A model generated the notes under the pieces. That model made no database searches. It had not been told where the DNA came from and saw nothing but the letters and a program-made list of their open reading frames with translations. Shown here one piece after another: positions 10,901-20,201 of a stretch of DNA of 64,000 bases (position 1 is the first letter of the stretch; every line of letters begins with the position of its first letter). The DNA comes from an uncultured delta proteobacterium. Lineage in GTDB: Bacteria > Myxococcota_A > Polyangia > Fen-1088. A program made the translations under genes and the position numbers. The stretch is from positions 1,984,001 through 2,048,000 of the forward strand of contig CAVYGB010000008.1 in the NCBI GenBank assembly GCA_963767925.1. Reading direction: 5' to 3'.

Positions 10901-11278
10901 GCTGCCGCCACGGCGAAAAGCGCGAACAGAACCAGCACGACCCCAGTGCAAAGGTCGCGCCGGCGTCCCAAGCCGCGATAGTCATCCGGGAGACTCCCGA
11001 CGCGCAGGAATTTGTTCGGGAGGGTCGGACCGCGCATTTTTCAGCGGCACAGGACCGTCGCCAGCGGCTCGCGCCCGCTGGCTGGTCAGATCCGTACGAA
11101 CTGACAATCATTTTTCGGGATTCGAAGAGATGGTCTGGGTTCGCACCGCTCGCGACAAGAGTAAGGCGTGCCTGTCGACTCAGGGGGACCCATAAGGGGT
11201 CCGGGCCCCTCAACAACGACGACCCTTTGGGCACAGCCATGGCAGCGCCCACCTCAACCGCTGTAGCGAGGCCGAATC

Positions 11279-11566
11279 ATGCAAAGACAGAGCGAAGGTG
11301 TCTACCCCTCCCAGGATCCGCGCCTCCCGCGGGAGATTCGCGACCGCGTATTTGGCGCCATTGCGCTGACACGAAGCGAAGCCTTTCACCCGGACGCAGC
11401 CGGCGCCGCCATCGGGTCCGCGGCGGGCCTGGCGGCGATGTTGCTGGTGGACCTCTGGTGCCCGGTCGCTTTTCTGCCCCACCTGCTGCTCGGTCACCTG
11501 GCGCCGATTGCGGTCATCGTGTTCCTCGGCATGCGATTGGGTTCGCGGCTGCTCGCCCCGGCCTGA
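11279..11566 (+). CDS. NrsF/DUF1109-like membrane protein C-terminal fragment (possible pseudogene)
   Basis: AGAAIGSAAGLAAMLLVDLWCPVAFLPHLLLGHLAP resembles the C-terminal xCP...H...H helices of NrsF anti-sigma proteins; only 95 aa. Confidence 0.45.
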   Translation: MQRQSEGVYPSQDPRLPREIRDRVFGAIALTRSEAFHPDAAGAAIGSAAGLAAMLLVDLWCPVAFLPHLLLGHLAPIAVIVFLGMRLGSRLLAPA

Positions 11567-11596
11567 GTTCGACATCCGATTCGGTTGCAAGACTGC

Positions 11597-12490
11597 ATGG
11601 TTTCCGACCTCGAATCTCTGCGGTGCTTCGAAGCGGCCGCTTCGATGCTCAGCTTCCGGGCGGGCGCCAGTCGAGTTGGCCTCTCGCCCCCGGCGCTCAG
11701 CGACCGCATCCGTCGGCTGGAGGAGGGGCTGGGCGAGCGGCTCTTCGACCGGAGCAAGCGTCAAGTGACCCTCACGGCTGCTGGGCTCCGCCTGCTCCCG
11801 CACGCCCGCGATCTTCTGGCGGCCAACGCCCGCTGCTCGGCGGTCGCCCGCGGCGCGGATACCGAATCCCCCTTCGAGCTGCGACTGGGGACCCGTTTCG
11901 AGCTGGGGCTTTCCTGGCTGGTTCCGGCCCTTCGAGCGCTCGAGACGGCGGTTCCAGCCCGCACGCTGCATCTTTGCTTCGGGGACCACTCGGACATGTT
12001 CGCCCGGATCAAACAGGGCACCATCGACTGCGCGGTCACCAGCGCCCGTATCGCGGAGGGGGCGATCGACTACCGGGTGCTTCACCCGGAGACCTATGTC
12101 TTCGTGGCGACCACCGCCCTCGTTCGACGACGTCCCTTTCGCAACGCCGCAGACGCACCCGCCCATACCCTCGTGGACATCAGCCCGGATCTGCCGCTCG
12201 CGCGCTACTTTCTCGATCAGGCCGGGGGCACGGTCGATTGGCGCTTCTCCCGGCTGGAGTACCTGGGCACCATCGCGGCCGTGCGGCTGAGGGTGCTGCA
12301 GGGCGGGGGGGTGGCCGTGCTACCTCACTACTTCGTAGTGCAGGATCTGGCGCGCGGACACCTGCGGCCGATCATGCCCAGGGTGCGCCTCCAGCGTGAC
12401 AGCTTCCGTCTGATCTGGCGTCGCGGTCATCCCGCCTCTCCCATGATCGAACGTCTCGCAGGCGACCTGATCGCCCTGCCGCTCGCCTGA
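11597..12490 (+). CDS. LysR family transcriptional regulator
   Basis: N-terminal HTH 'LRCFEAAASMLSFRAGASRVGLSPPALSDRIRRLEEGLGERLFDRSKRQVTLTAAG'; ~297 aa. Confidence 0.95.
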   Translation: MVSDLESLRCFEAAASMLSFRAGASRVGLSPPALSDRIRRLEEGLGERLFDRSKRQVTLTAAGLRLLPHARDLLAANARCSAVARGADTESPFELRLGTRFELGLSWLVPALRALETAVPARTLHLCFGDHSDMFARIKQGTIDCAVTSARIAEGAIDYRVLHPETYVFVATTALVRRRPFRNAADAPAHTLVDISPDLPLARYFLDQAGGTVDWRFSRLEYLGTIAAVRLRVLQGGGVAVLPHYFVVQDLARGHLRPIMPRVRLQRDSFRLIWRRGHPASPMIERLAGDLIALPLA

Positions 12491-12784
12491 CCGACCGCTG
12501 ATCTTGCCCCGCTTTTGCGGACCTCCCCCAGAGGCGAAGATGCCTCGAAAAGTGTTCTTGGTCGGCGGCTGAGGTCGTGCGCGATCTCGACCTGATGTAC
12601 CGACTGCAGGTGACTCAGGCAGCACGAGAAGACCGTCCACGAAGACGGCAAGATCACCGGCGCCGTTCGGCAAACCAGAACAGAACCGAACCGAACAGGC
12701 GGCCGACCGCACCGTGGCGGGCTACCCACAGTGGTGGTCATGACCACATCGACTATTTCCAGGTCGTACCCTCCGCTGCACGTG

Positions 12785-14404
12785 ATGCGTTCTGCCTGGA
12801 TCGAGCGGCTGCCGGCCCTCTGGATCGCTTGCGCTACGGCCCTCTCAACCCTGGCAGGGTGCGAGGCGGTCGGGGAAATCGGTCTCCCTCGGTTCGTTCC
12901 CGGCGCGCCGGACGTCCCGGTTCTGGGGTTCGGCCTCGACCGATCGATGCCGCAAAACCAGGGGCTGCTGATTGGCATCGACACGAGAACCGGCTACCCG
13001 GCCAGCCAGGGTCCGACCATGGACCCTCTCATCGTGGAGGCTCGGCGGTTCTATGACGTCAACAAATACCCGCGCGCCGAGGAGCAGCGGGTGGACTATC
13101 CCGACCCATTCACCGGCGGGCCTCCCGGCATGCGGCGCACGGCTCCGCTCACCTTCGAGTCGTGGAAGGTGGCATTCGCCTTCCCGCCCCGGCGGCGAGG
13201 CCAGAGCCTGGAGAGCTATCGCGAGCTGGCGGGGGTCGTGACCTACTACAACCGCAACGAGTTGGGGCTCGGGCGCGAGCTCGCCTGCGCGAGCTTCGTC
13301 GACGGGACCGACCCCAACGGCCGGCCGTTGATGGGCCTGGCCTGTTACGTGACCAACTACGGAAGCATGTTCCGGGACGAGGTCCACTCGCTGCAAGAGG
13401 CGGTGGCGGGATCTAGCCCGCGCAATACCGTCTGCATCACCTGGCGCCCGACCATGGAACCGAATTACGAGGTCCAGTTCTACGTCTATGGGGCGGACGG
13501 TCGTCGCATGGACTGGGCCCAGCTCGACACCTTCGGACCGCGGCCGCATCCACAGGTGTGCACCGCTTGCCACGGGGGCTCCTACGACGAAGGCAAACAT
13601 CTGGTGAAGAACGGGCGGTTTCTCCCCCTCGATCCGAACGTCGTGGGCTTTGCCTCGAACGCTGCGGTCCCTCCTGCTTTGACCCGTGAGGGGCAGGAGG
13701 ATCGCATCCGGGTGATCAACGCCGCTTCCTTGCGCACGCCCCTCACCCCGGCCCAGGTAGAGTTGATCCACGAGCTATACGACGGACATGTGACGGTTCC
13801 CGGTGCGCGTAGCCGCAGCAGCTGGGTTCCGGTCGGCTGGCGGGGTAGCCCGCAGCAGGAGGGTCTCTTCGACCAGGTCATCAAGCCCTACTGCGCAACC
13901 TGTCACATGGCCATGCAGCACGGACTGGATGGAAGCGCGCTCCTGTCTTATGGCCTCTTCCGTTCAGCCGCGGACCTCCGGCGGTTTCCGCTGGAGGCGG
14001 TGATCTGTGGTTCGTTTGGTATGCCCAACGCTCAAACCACCTCGATCAACTTCTGGAACCCGCAATCGGGCCCCCTGTCGATCGGAGGTCGTGAATTTGC
14101 CGCGCCCGCGGACGCGCTCCTCGACTGGCTGGGGAGCGCCCGATCGAATTGCTCCGGGCTCGAAGAGGTCGGTACCTGCAACCGCGGTCCCGATCCAGAT
14201 ACGCTGTGTGGAAACGCCGCGAGTGGAACCGCCTGCAACCGATCGACCGGTCGCTGTGAGCCGCAAGGCAGCGGCGGCGCGGGGGAACCCCGGGGATACT
14301 GTCGTACGGACGGATCGCGCACCTGTCCCCAACGCCTCCGGTGCGTATCGGCAGGCAACATGACCGAAGGCCTGAAGACCTTCGACGGTGTCTGCGTGAC
14401 TTGA
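12785..14404 (+). CDS. Putative lipoprotein diheme c-type cytochrome with Cys-rich C-terminal domain
   Basis: Lipobox LAGC after a signal-like N-terminus; CTACH and CATCH heme motifs; about ten Cys in the last ~90 aa. Start codon uncertain (ORF open from 12731). Confidence 0.7.
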   Translation: MRSAWIERLPALWIACATALSTLAGCEAVGEIGLPRFVPGAPDVPVLGFGLDRSMPQNQGLLIGIDTRTGYPASQGPTMDPLIVEARRFYDVNKYPRAEEQRVDYPDPFTGGPPGMRRTAPLTFESWKVAFAFPPRRRGQSLESYRELAGVVTYYNRNELGLGRELACASFVDGTDPNGRPLMGLACYVTNYGSMFRDEVHSLQEAVAGSSPRNTVCITWRPTMEPNYEVQFYVYGADGRRMDWAQLDTFGPRPHPQVCTACHGGSYDEGKHLVKNGRFLPLDPNVVGFASNAAVPPALTREGQEDRIRVINAASLRTPLTPAQVELIHELYDGHVTVPGARSRSSWVPVGWRGSPQQEGLFDQVIKPYCATCHMAMQHGLDGSALLSYGLFRSAADLRRFPLEAVICGSFGMPNAQTTSINFWNPQSGPLSIGGREFAAPADALLDWLGSARSNCSGLEEVGTCNRGPDPDTLCGNAASGTACNRSTGRCEPQGSGGAGEPRGYCRTDGSRTCPQRLRCVSAGNMTEGLKTFDGVCVT

Positions 14405-14794
14405 GCAACGCCTCGAGGGGCGCGCGCGGAGACGATTCCGAGCGCGCCCAGGGCTGACACCACCCTGGGCCTCGAACCCCACCGCCGACCACAATCCGTA
14501 CTCCGTCGGACCTTTGGGCCTGTATCGCTTCGTCTTTCGAGTCGTTCGGCCGCGAAAGACCCGCGGGTCAAGTCGTTCATGAGCTGAGCCCTACGGACCG
14601 CTGGTGGCCGCGGGACAGATGTAGTGCCGTCGCAGAAGGTCTCCACGTCGGGGTGGATGCCTGATCCGACCGATCGCCCCTTCGAGTCGTCGGACGGGGG
14701 GAGCGGAGGGTCTGGAGGGCTACACCCAGGCCGAGCAGAGCTGGGCGGTCGAGGAGATCGAACGCTGGCTGGGCCGGGCGCGGGCCCGGGGAGA

Positions 14795-15490
14795 TCAGCG
14801 GGGGGCGGGCTCGTTGCGGCGCTGGGCCGCTCCCCGCTCGGCAGCGGCGCGGATCTCGGCGATGGCCGCCCGGTAGTCGGGGCGCCCGAAGACGGCCGCG
14901 CCGGCGATGAGGACGGAGGCGCCGGCCTCGGCGACGGTGGCCGCCGTGTCCGGCCCGACGCCACCGTCGACCGCGATCTCGGTCGGGATCCCGCGCCGCC
15001 GGATCTCCTCGGAGAGAACGCGGATCTTCGGCAACACCGCGGGGATGAAGGCCTGCCCGCCGAAGCCAGGGTTCACCGTCATCATCAAGACGGAGGCCAG
15101 GTCGTCGAGCACGACGTCGAGGCAGGCGTTGGGGGTGTGGGGGTTCAGCGAGACGCCCGCCCGCCGCCCCAGCGCCCGGATCTGCTGCACGGTCCGGTGC
15201 AGGTGGACGCTCGCCTCGGCGTGCACCCAGATTGTGTCGGCGCCGGCCTTGGCAAAGTCCTCGACGTAGCGCTCGGGCTCCACGATCATGAGGTGGACGT
15301 CGATGGGCTTCTGGGCCGCCCGGGCGATGGCCTTGACCACCACCGGCCCCAGGGTGATGTTGGGGACGTAGCGGCCGTCCATGACGTCGACGTGGATGCG
15401 GTCGCCTCCGGCCTCCTCGGCCGCCCGGACCTCCTCGGCCAGCCGGCCGAAGTCGGCCGACAGCACCGAAGGGGAAATGAAGATGCTCAC
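14795..15490 (-). CDS. rpe: Ribulose-phosphate 3-epimerase
   Basis: ISPSVLSADF, IHVDVMDG, DVHLMI, MTVNPGFGGQ, VDGG. Confidence 0.97.
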   Translation of the reverse strand: MSIFISPSVLSADFGRLAEEVRAAEEAGGDRIHVDVMDGRYVPNITLGPVVVKAIARAAQKPIDVHLMIVEPERYVEDFAKAGADTIWVHAEASVHLHRTVQQIRALGRRAGVSLNPHTPNACLDVVLDDLASVLMMTVNPGFGGQAFIPAVLPKIRVLSEEIRRRGIPTEIAVDGGVGPDTAATVAEAGASVLIAGAAVFGRPDYRAAIAEIRAAAERGAAQRRNEPAPR

Positions 15491-16422
15491 CCTTCGACTA
15501 TACCGCGGAGGCGGCTGCCCGCGGGGATCACCCTTCCCGCCAGCACCGCCGCCGCCGCGAGCCGCTTGCGGCCGGGGAGCTGCAGCTCGGCGAAGGCCAC
15601 CGCCCCTTGCCCGCAGGCCACCAGCAGGCCCTCGGCGCGGGCGCCCAGGACCTCTCCGGGCTCCCCCCGCTCCTCGCTGACGGTGGGGCCGAAGAGCTTC
15701 AGGCTCTCCCCCTCCAGCGTCGCGCTGGGACCGGGCCAGGGATCGACCCCCCGGGCCTGCGCCGAGACCAGCCGGGCCGGCAGGCGGAAGTCGAGCAGCC
15801 CGTGCTGCTTCTCCAGGGGCGGCGCGAGCGTCGCCCGGGCGTCGTCCTGAGGCTCGGGCGACACCTCACCCCGGCCGATGCGGGGCAGGGTCTCGAGCAG
15901 GAGGTCCGCCCCCAGGGTGGACAGCCGCTGGGCGAGCGAGCCCGCCGTGTCGGTCTCCGAGATCGGCTCCTCGCGCCGGGCCACCACCGCCCCGGTGTCG
16001 AGGCCCTCCTCGACCCGCATGATCGAGACCCCCGTGCGCGACTCGCCCCGGATGACCGCCCACTGGATGGGCGCTGCCCCCCGGTAGGCGGGCAAGAGGG
16101 AGGCGTGGACATTCCAGGGACCTCGCGGCGGGATCTCCAGCAGCGCGGGGGGCAAGATGCGCCCGTAGGCCACCACCACGAACAGGTCCGCCGATTGCGC
16201 CCGCAGCTTCTGCTGAAGCTCCGGCTCCTTGAGGCGCAGGGGCTGCTCCACCGGGATGCCGAGCTCGAGGGCGAGCTGCTTGACCGGCGGGGCGGTGAGG
16301 GTCCGGCCGCGGCCTGCTGGCCGATCGGGCTGGCTCACCACCAGGACCACCTCGTGCTGCTCCGCCACCCGGCGCAACGAGGGGACAGCGAACTCCGGGG
16401 AGCCGAAGAAGACGACCTTCAC
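15487..16422 (-). CDS. fmt: Methionyl-tRNA formyltransferase
   Basis: VFFGSPEFAVPSL, SQPDRPAGRG, NVHASLLPAYRGAAPIQW. Confidence 0.97.
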   Translation of the reverse strand: MKVVFFGSPEFAVPSLRRVAEQHEVVLVVSQPDRPAGRGRTLTAPPVKQLALELGIPVEQPLRLKEPELQQKLRAQSADLFVVVAYGRILPPALLEIPPRGPWNVHASLLPAYRGAAPIQWAVIRGESRTGVSIMRVEEGLDTGAVVARREEPISETDTAGSLAQRLSTLGADLLLETLPRIGRGEVSPEPQDDARATLAPPLEKQHGLLDFRLPARLVSAQARGVDPWPGPSATLEGESLKLFGPTVSEERGEPGEVLGARAEGLLVACGQGAVAFAELQLPGRKRLAAAAVLAGRVIPAGSRLRGIVEG

Positions 16423-17648
16423 GGCCGGCGGCCCGTCGGGGGCAAGAGGTGCTCGCGATAACGGCGGCGCAGGGCCTCGTCACCGAGGACCCGTCCGGCC
16501 TCGGCCAGCACGTCGCGGACGATCTCCAGCTCGCGAGCCAGCGTGACCGCCACCTCCGGATCGACCCGCTGGGGACCGATGTCCTCGGAGAGCCGACGGT
16601 GGGCCCGGGCTACCTCGGCCGCGGTCGCCTCCCGGGCCACCCCCAGGATCTGGAAGTAGTCGGCGTCCTGACTGAGGGCATAACGCGCCAGGATCCGCTC
16701 CCGATCGACCCGCTGGTCGAAGGTCCGCCGGCCGCGAGCCCGGCCCGGCTTCACCGGGGTGAGGAGGCCGAAACAGACGAGCACCAGCGCGAGGCGCGCG
16801 ACGAGGTCGTCCGGACGTCCGCTGGTCCGGGCGATGTCCTCCAGGGAACGCCGGCCGTCGAACCAGCCGAGCAGCTCCCGCTCGGCGGGCTCGAGGGCAA
16901 GCTCGGCCAGCAGGTCGGTGGCCTCCGGCCCGCGCGCGGCGGCGTAGAGGGTCGTGCCCTCGCCGAGGTGACGCTGGATCCGGGTGGCCGGGAAATCCCG
17001 GCGCAGGGCCTCGCGCACGAGGGCCGCCGGGTGCCGCAGCAGGCGGGTCTTGCGCGGCTCGAGCTCGGAGCGCGGGTCGAACCGGAAGCGCCCCTCGGTC
17101 CAGGGAAACAAGGACAGGATGATCTCCTCGTGCTGGGTCCGGAGCGCGGGCATCAGCTCGCCCGGCTTGAGCAGCCCCAGATCCACGAGCACCGCGCCCG
17201 TGCGCCGTCCGCTCCCGGCGGCCTGGCGCGCCACCCGACCCCGCTGATCGCTGTCGAGGCGGCCCTGCCGCAGCAACATCTCGCACAGGCGGTCTTCGAG
17301 CGCGCTGGAGGCCGCGTAGACCGGACGCCCGGCATCGAAGTGGATGCTCTTCTCCACCTCGCGCGCGCGCAGCGAGAGCTGTCCCGTCCAGACCTCCTGG
17401 TAGGCCCGGCCGAGCAGCAACGCCACGTCCGTCTCGGCCAGCTCACCGGCCCGGGCCAGGGTGGGCTCTGGCTCCGGGTCGGGCGCGCCCACCGTGCTCG
17501 CCGTCGCCAGCAGCTCGGCATCGAGCTGATCGTCGATCTCCGCGGTCAGGCGATCGGGCAGCGACGGCGCCAGGCCCGGCCCGGTCCCATCGCGGTCGTC
17601 ATCGGCGCGTGCCCGCCGCATGCGTCCCCGGGCCTCGGTCGTCGCCAT
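16419..17648 (-). CDS. DUF4388-like domain protein with C-terminal degenerate J-domain
   Basis: GEL...TGQLSL...KSIHFDAGRPVYAAS...RLCEML (DUF4388-like) and DYFQILGVAREATAAEV (J-like, HPD absent); start uncertain. Confidence 0.7.
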   Translation of the reverse strand: MATTEARGRMRRARADDDRDGTGPGLAPSLPDRLTAEIDDQLDAELLATASTVGAPDPEPEPTLARAGELAETDVALLLGRAYQEVWTGQLSLRAREVEKSIHFDAGRPVYAASSALEDRLCEMLLRQGRLDSDQRGRVARQAAGSGRRTGAVLVDLGLLKPGELMPALRTQHEEIILSLFPWTEGRFRFDPRSELEPRKTRLLRHPAALVREALRRDFPATRIQRHLGEGTTLYAAARGPEATDLLAELALEPAERELLGWFDGRRSLEDIARTSGRPDDLVARLALVLVCFGLLTPVKPGRARGRRTFDQRVDRERILARYALSQDADYFQILGVAREATAAEVARAHRRLSEDIGPQRVDPEVAVTLARELEIVRDVLAEAGRVLGDEALRRRYREHLLPPTGRRP

Positions 17649-17722
17649 GACCTTGATCAAAGCACGCGGCACGGGTCCCCGTCGACCATCTCGCGGCTTA
17701 CACCCCCGTACAGGGGCCTCGC

Positions 17723-20185
17723 TCAGAGCACGCTCTGCGGGTCGACGTCGACCACCAGCCGGACGCCGCCGGGAAGGACCCCGGCCGCCGCCTGCCGGGC
17801 GGTCGCCGCCAGGGCGGCGCGGTCGGCCGACCCCAGCCACACCTGCCAGCGGACCTGGCCGCGCAGGAACGCGATGGGCGCCTCGGCCGGACCCTTGACC
17901 GCCACTCCGGCGCCCGCGGCCAGGGCCCGTTCGGCCACCAGGGTCGCCGCCCGCCGGACCTCGGCGCCGTCTTGGCCCTCGAGCCTCAGGGCGATCAACC
18001 GGGCAAACGGCGGGTAGCTGGATTCCTGCCGGCGGCTCAGCTCACCCCGCACGAAGCCCTCGTAGTCGTGGGTGGGCAGCGCCACGACGGCCGGGTGGTC
18101 GGGGGTGAAGGTCTGGACGATCACCCGCCCCGGACGGTCCCCCCGCCCGGCCCGGCCCGCCACTTGCTCGAGGAGCTGGAAGGTCCGCTCCGCCGCCCGG
18201 AAGTCCGGCATGTGCATCCCCTGGTCGGGCAGCAGCGCGCCCACCAGGGTGACCCCCTCGAAGTCGTGCCCCTTCGTCACCATCTGGGTGCCCACCAGGA
18301 TGTCGACCTCCCGGCGCTGGACGCGGGCCAGCACCTGCTCGAGCACGGCGCCGCTGTTGCCGCCGGTGCTGTCCCGATCCAGCCGGGCCACCCGGGCGGT
18401 CGGGAACAGCTCGCGCACGAGGGTCTCCACCCGCTCGGTGCCAGCGCCCAGCCGCTCGAGCTTGGGGCGCGCGCAGGACGGGCAATTCACCGGCGGCGCC
18501 AGGGTCAAGCCGCAGTAGTGGCAGGCCAGCTCGGCGCGCGCCCGGTGGAAGGTCATCGACACCGCACACTGGCTGCAGCGCAGGACGTGACCGCAGGCCC
18601 GACAGAGCACCAGCGGGGAGAAGCCCCGCCGGTTGAGGAACAGGATGGCCTGCTCGCCCGCCTCCAGGGTCTGGCGGACGGCCTCCAGCAGACGCTTGGT
18701 GAACAGCCCGTCGGCCAGGAGCGGCTCGCGCCGGAGGTCCACGATCTCCACCGGCGGCAAAGGGCGCAGGGCGGCCACCGGGTTGGCCCGGGTGGGGAGG
18801 AGCAGCCGCCGGTAACGGCCTTGCTGGACGTTGTGCTGGCTCTCGAGCGAGGGCGTCGCCGAGCCCAGGACGGCTACCGCTCCCGCGCGCTGCGCGCGCA
18901 CCAGGGCCAGGTCGCGCCCGTGGTAGCGGAGCCCCTCCTCCTGCTTGAACGAGGAGTCGTGCTCCTCGTCGACAACCACCACCCCGAGGTCCCGCACGGG
19001 GGCAAACACCGCGGACCGCGCGCCGAGGGCGATCCCCACCTCGCCGGCGCGCAGGCGCCGCCAGGCGGTGCGGCGCTGGGCGGGTGGCAGGCCGCTGTGC
19101 AGGACCGACACGTCGTCGCCGAAGCGGGCCCGGAAACGGGCGGCGAGCTGGGGGGTCAGCGGAATCTCGGGGACCAGGACCAGGGCGCCACGGCCCTGCC
19201 GGCGCGCCTCGGCGATGAGCCGCAGGTAGATCTCCGTCTTGCCGGACCCCGTCACTCCCTGGAGCACGAAGGCCTGGAACCGGCCCCGCTCGGCAAGCGC
19301 GGCCGAGAGGGCCACCAGCGCCTCGGCCTGGTGGGGGTTGAGCTGGGGGACCTCCGCCGGCTGGTCCGGCCCCGGCGGCCGCGGGTCGGAGCGCTCCTCC
19401 AGCCGCACCACCCCCGCCCGCTCGAACGTGCGCACGGCCTGGCGCTCCCGCCGGTCCAGGCTCGCGACGGCGAGCCCCTCGCCGGCCTGCTGCAGCCGCT
19501 GGTAGAGCGCCCGCGCGATCTGCTGCCGGGGCCCGAAGCCGGGAGCCGGCCGATCCTCGACGACCCTGGCCCAGAGCTGGACGCGGCCCTGGCTGCGCCC
19601 GGCGATCTGGTCGCCCACCTCGACGTAACCCAGCTCGACGAGCCGGGGCAACCGGGGCTCGGCCCGGGTGCCGGCCAGCCCCCGCAGGCCCAGCCCCTGC
19701 CCTTGCGAGAGCCGGCGCAGCAGCTCCCGATCGTGCTCGTCCAGGCCCAGGCCGACGAAGCCCGCCTTGCCCTCCTCGTCCCGCCGCAGGAACAGCCGCC
19801 CCGCTTCGGTCAGCCGGATGCGGCGGGCGGCGGCGGCCCGCTCGCCCTGGGGCAGGGCCGCCCTCAGCACCTCTCCGAGCGGGGCCAGGTAGTAGCCGGC
19901 CGCCCAGCGGCACAGGTCCAGGACCTCCGGTTCCAGGGCGGGCTCGTCCTCCAGCACCGCCTCGATCGCCCGCACCTCCGCCGGACCTTCGGTCGGGTGA
20001 CCGACGACGAACCCGGTCACGCGCCGGCTGCCCAGGGGGACCACGACCTGCGCCCCGAGGGACGCGCGCTCGCCGAGCCGCGGATCGCGGTAGGTGAAGA
20101 CGGCGAACGGAGGCAGGGCCAGGGCGACCTCGAGGAGGCCGTCGGCCGCCTTGCTCCGCCGCTCCGCCCGAACGCCCTCGGTCAT
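17723..20185 (-). CDS. priA: Primosomal protein N' (replication restart helicase)
   Basis: GVTGSGKTEIY, LVPEIPLTPQ, DEEHDSSFKQ, four CxxC pairs, GTQMVTKGHDF, DVDP C-terminus. Confidence 0.97.
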   Translation of the reverse strand: MTEGVRAERRSKAADGLLEVALALPPFAVFTYRDPRLGERASLGAQVVVPLGSRRVTGFVVGHPTEGPAEVRAIEAVLEDEPALEPEVLDLCRWAAGYYLAPLGEVLRAALPQGERAAAARRIRLTEAGRLFLRRDEEGKAGFVGLGLDEHDRELLRRLSQGQGLGLRGLAGTRAEPRLPRLVELGYVEVGDQIAGRSQGRVQLWARVVEDRPAPGFGPRQQIARALYQRLQQAGEGLAVASLDRRERQAVRTFERAGVVRLEERSDPRPPGPDQPAEVPQLNPHQAEALVALSAALAERGRFQAFVLQGVTGSGKTEIYLRLIAEARRQGRGALVLVPEIPLTPQLAARFRARFGDDVSVLHSGLPPAQRRTAWRRLRAGEVGIALGARSAVFAPVRDLGVVVVDEEHDSSFKQEEGLRYHGRDLALVRAQRAGAVAVLGSATPSLESQHNVQQGRYRRLLLPTRANPVAALRPLPPVEIVDLRREPLLADGLFTKRLLEAVRQTLEAGEQAILFLNRRGFSPLVLCRACGHVLRCSQCAVSMTFHRARAELACHYCGLTLAPPVNCPSCARPKLERLGAGTERVETLVRELFPTARVARLDRDSTGGNSGAVLEQVLARVQRREVDILVGTQMVTKGHDFEGVTLVGALLPDQGMHMPDFRAAERTFQLLEQVAGRAGRGDRPGRVIVQTFTPDHPAVVALPTHDYEGFVRGELSRRQESSYPPFARLIALRLEGQDGAEVRRAATLVAERALAAGAGVAVKGPAEAPIAFLRGQVRWQVWLGSADRAALAATARQAAAGVLPGGVRLVVDVDPQSVL

Positions 20186-20201
20186 CGATCCGCCGCGGGG
20201 C

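Larger units (their letters stand above)
10068..14794. mobile_element. Degenerate genomic island (integrative/mobilizable element remnant) at the tRNA-Pro 3' end; right boundary uncertain
   Basis: Integrase tail immediately after the tRNA, relaxase remnant, visibly more A/T-rich than the flanks, accessory cargo; housekeeping genes resume at rpe. Confidence 0.7.

Noticed and set aside
14440..14495. GCCCAGGG...CCCTGGGC hairpin followed by TCGAACCCC, considered as a tRNA fragment or att site
   Set aside because: No cloverleaf and no match to the tRNA-Pro 3' end
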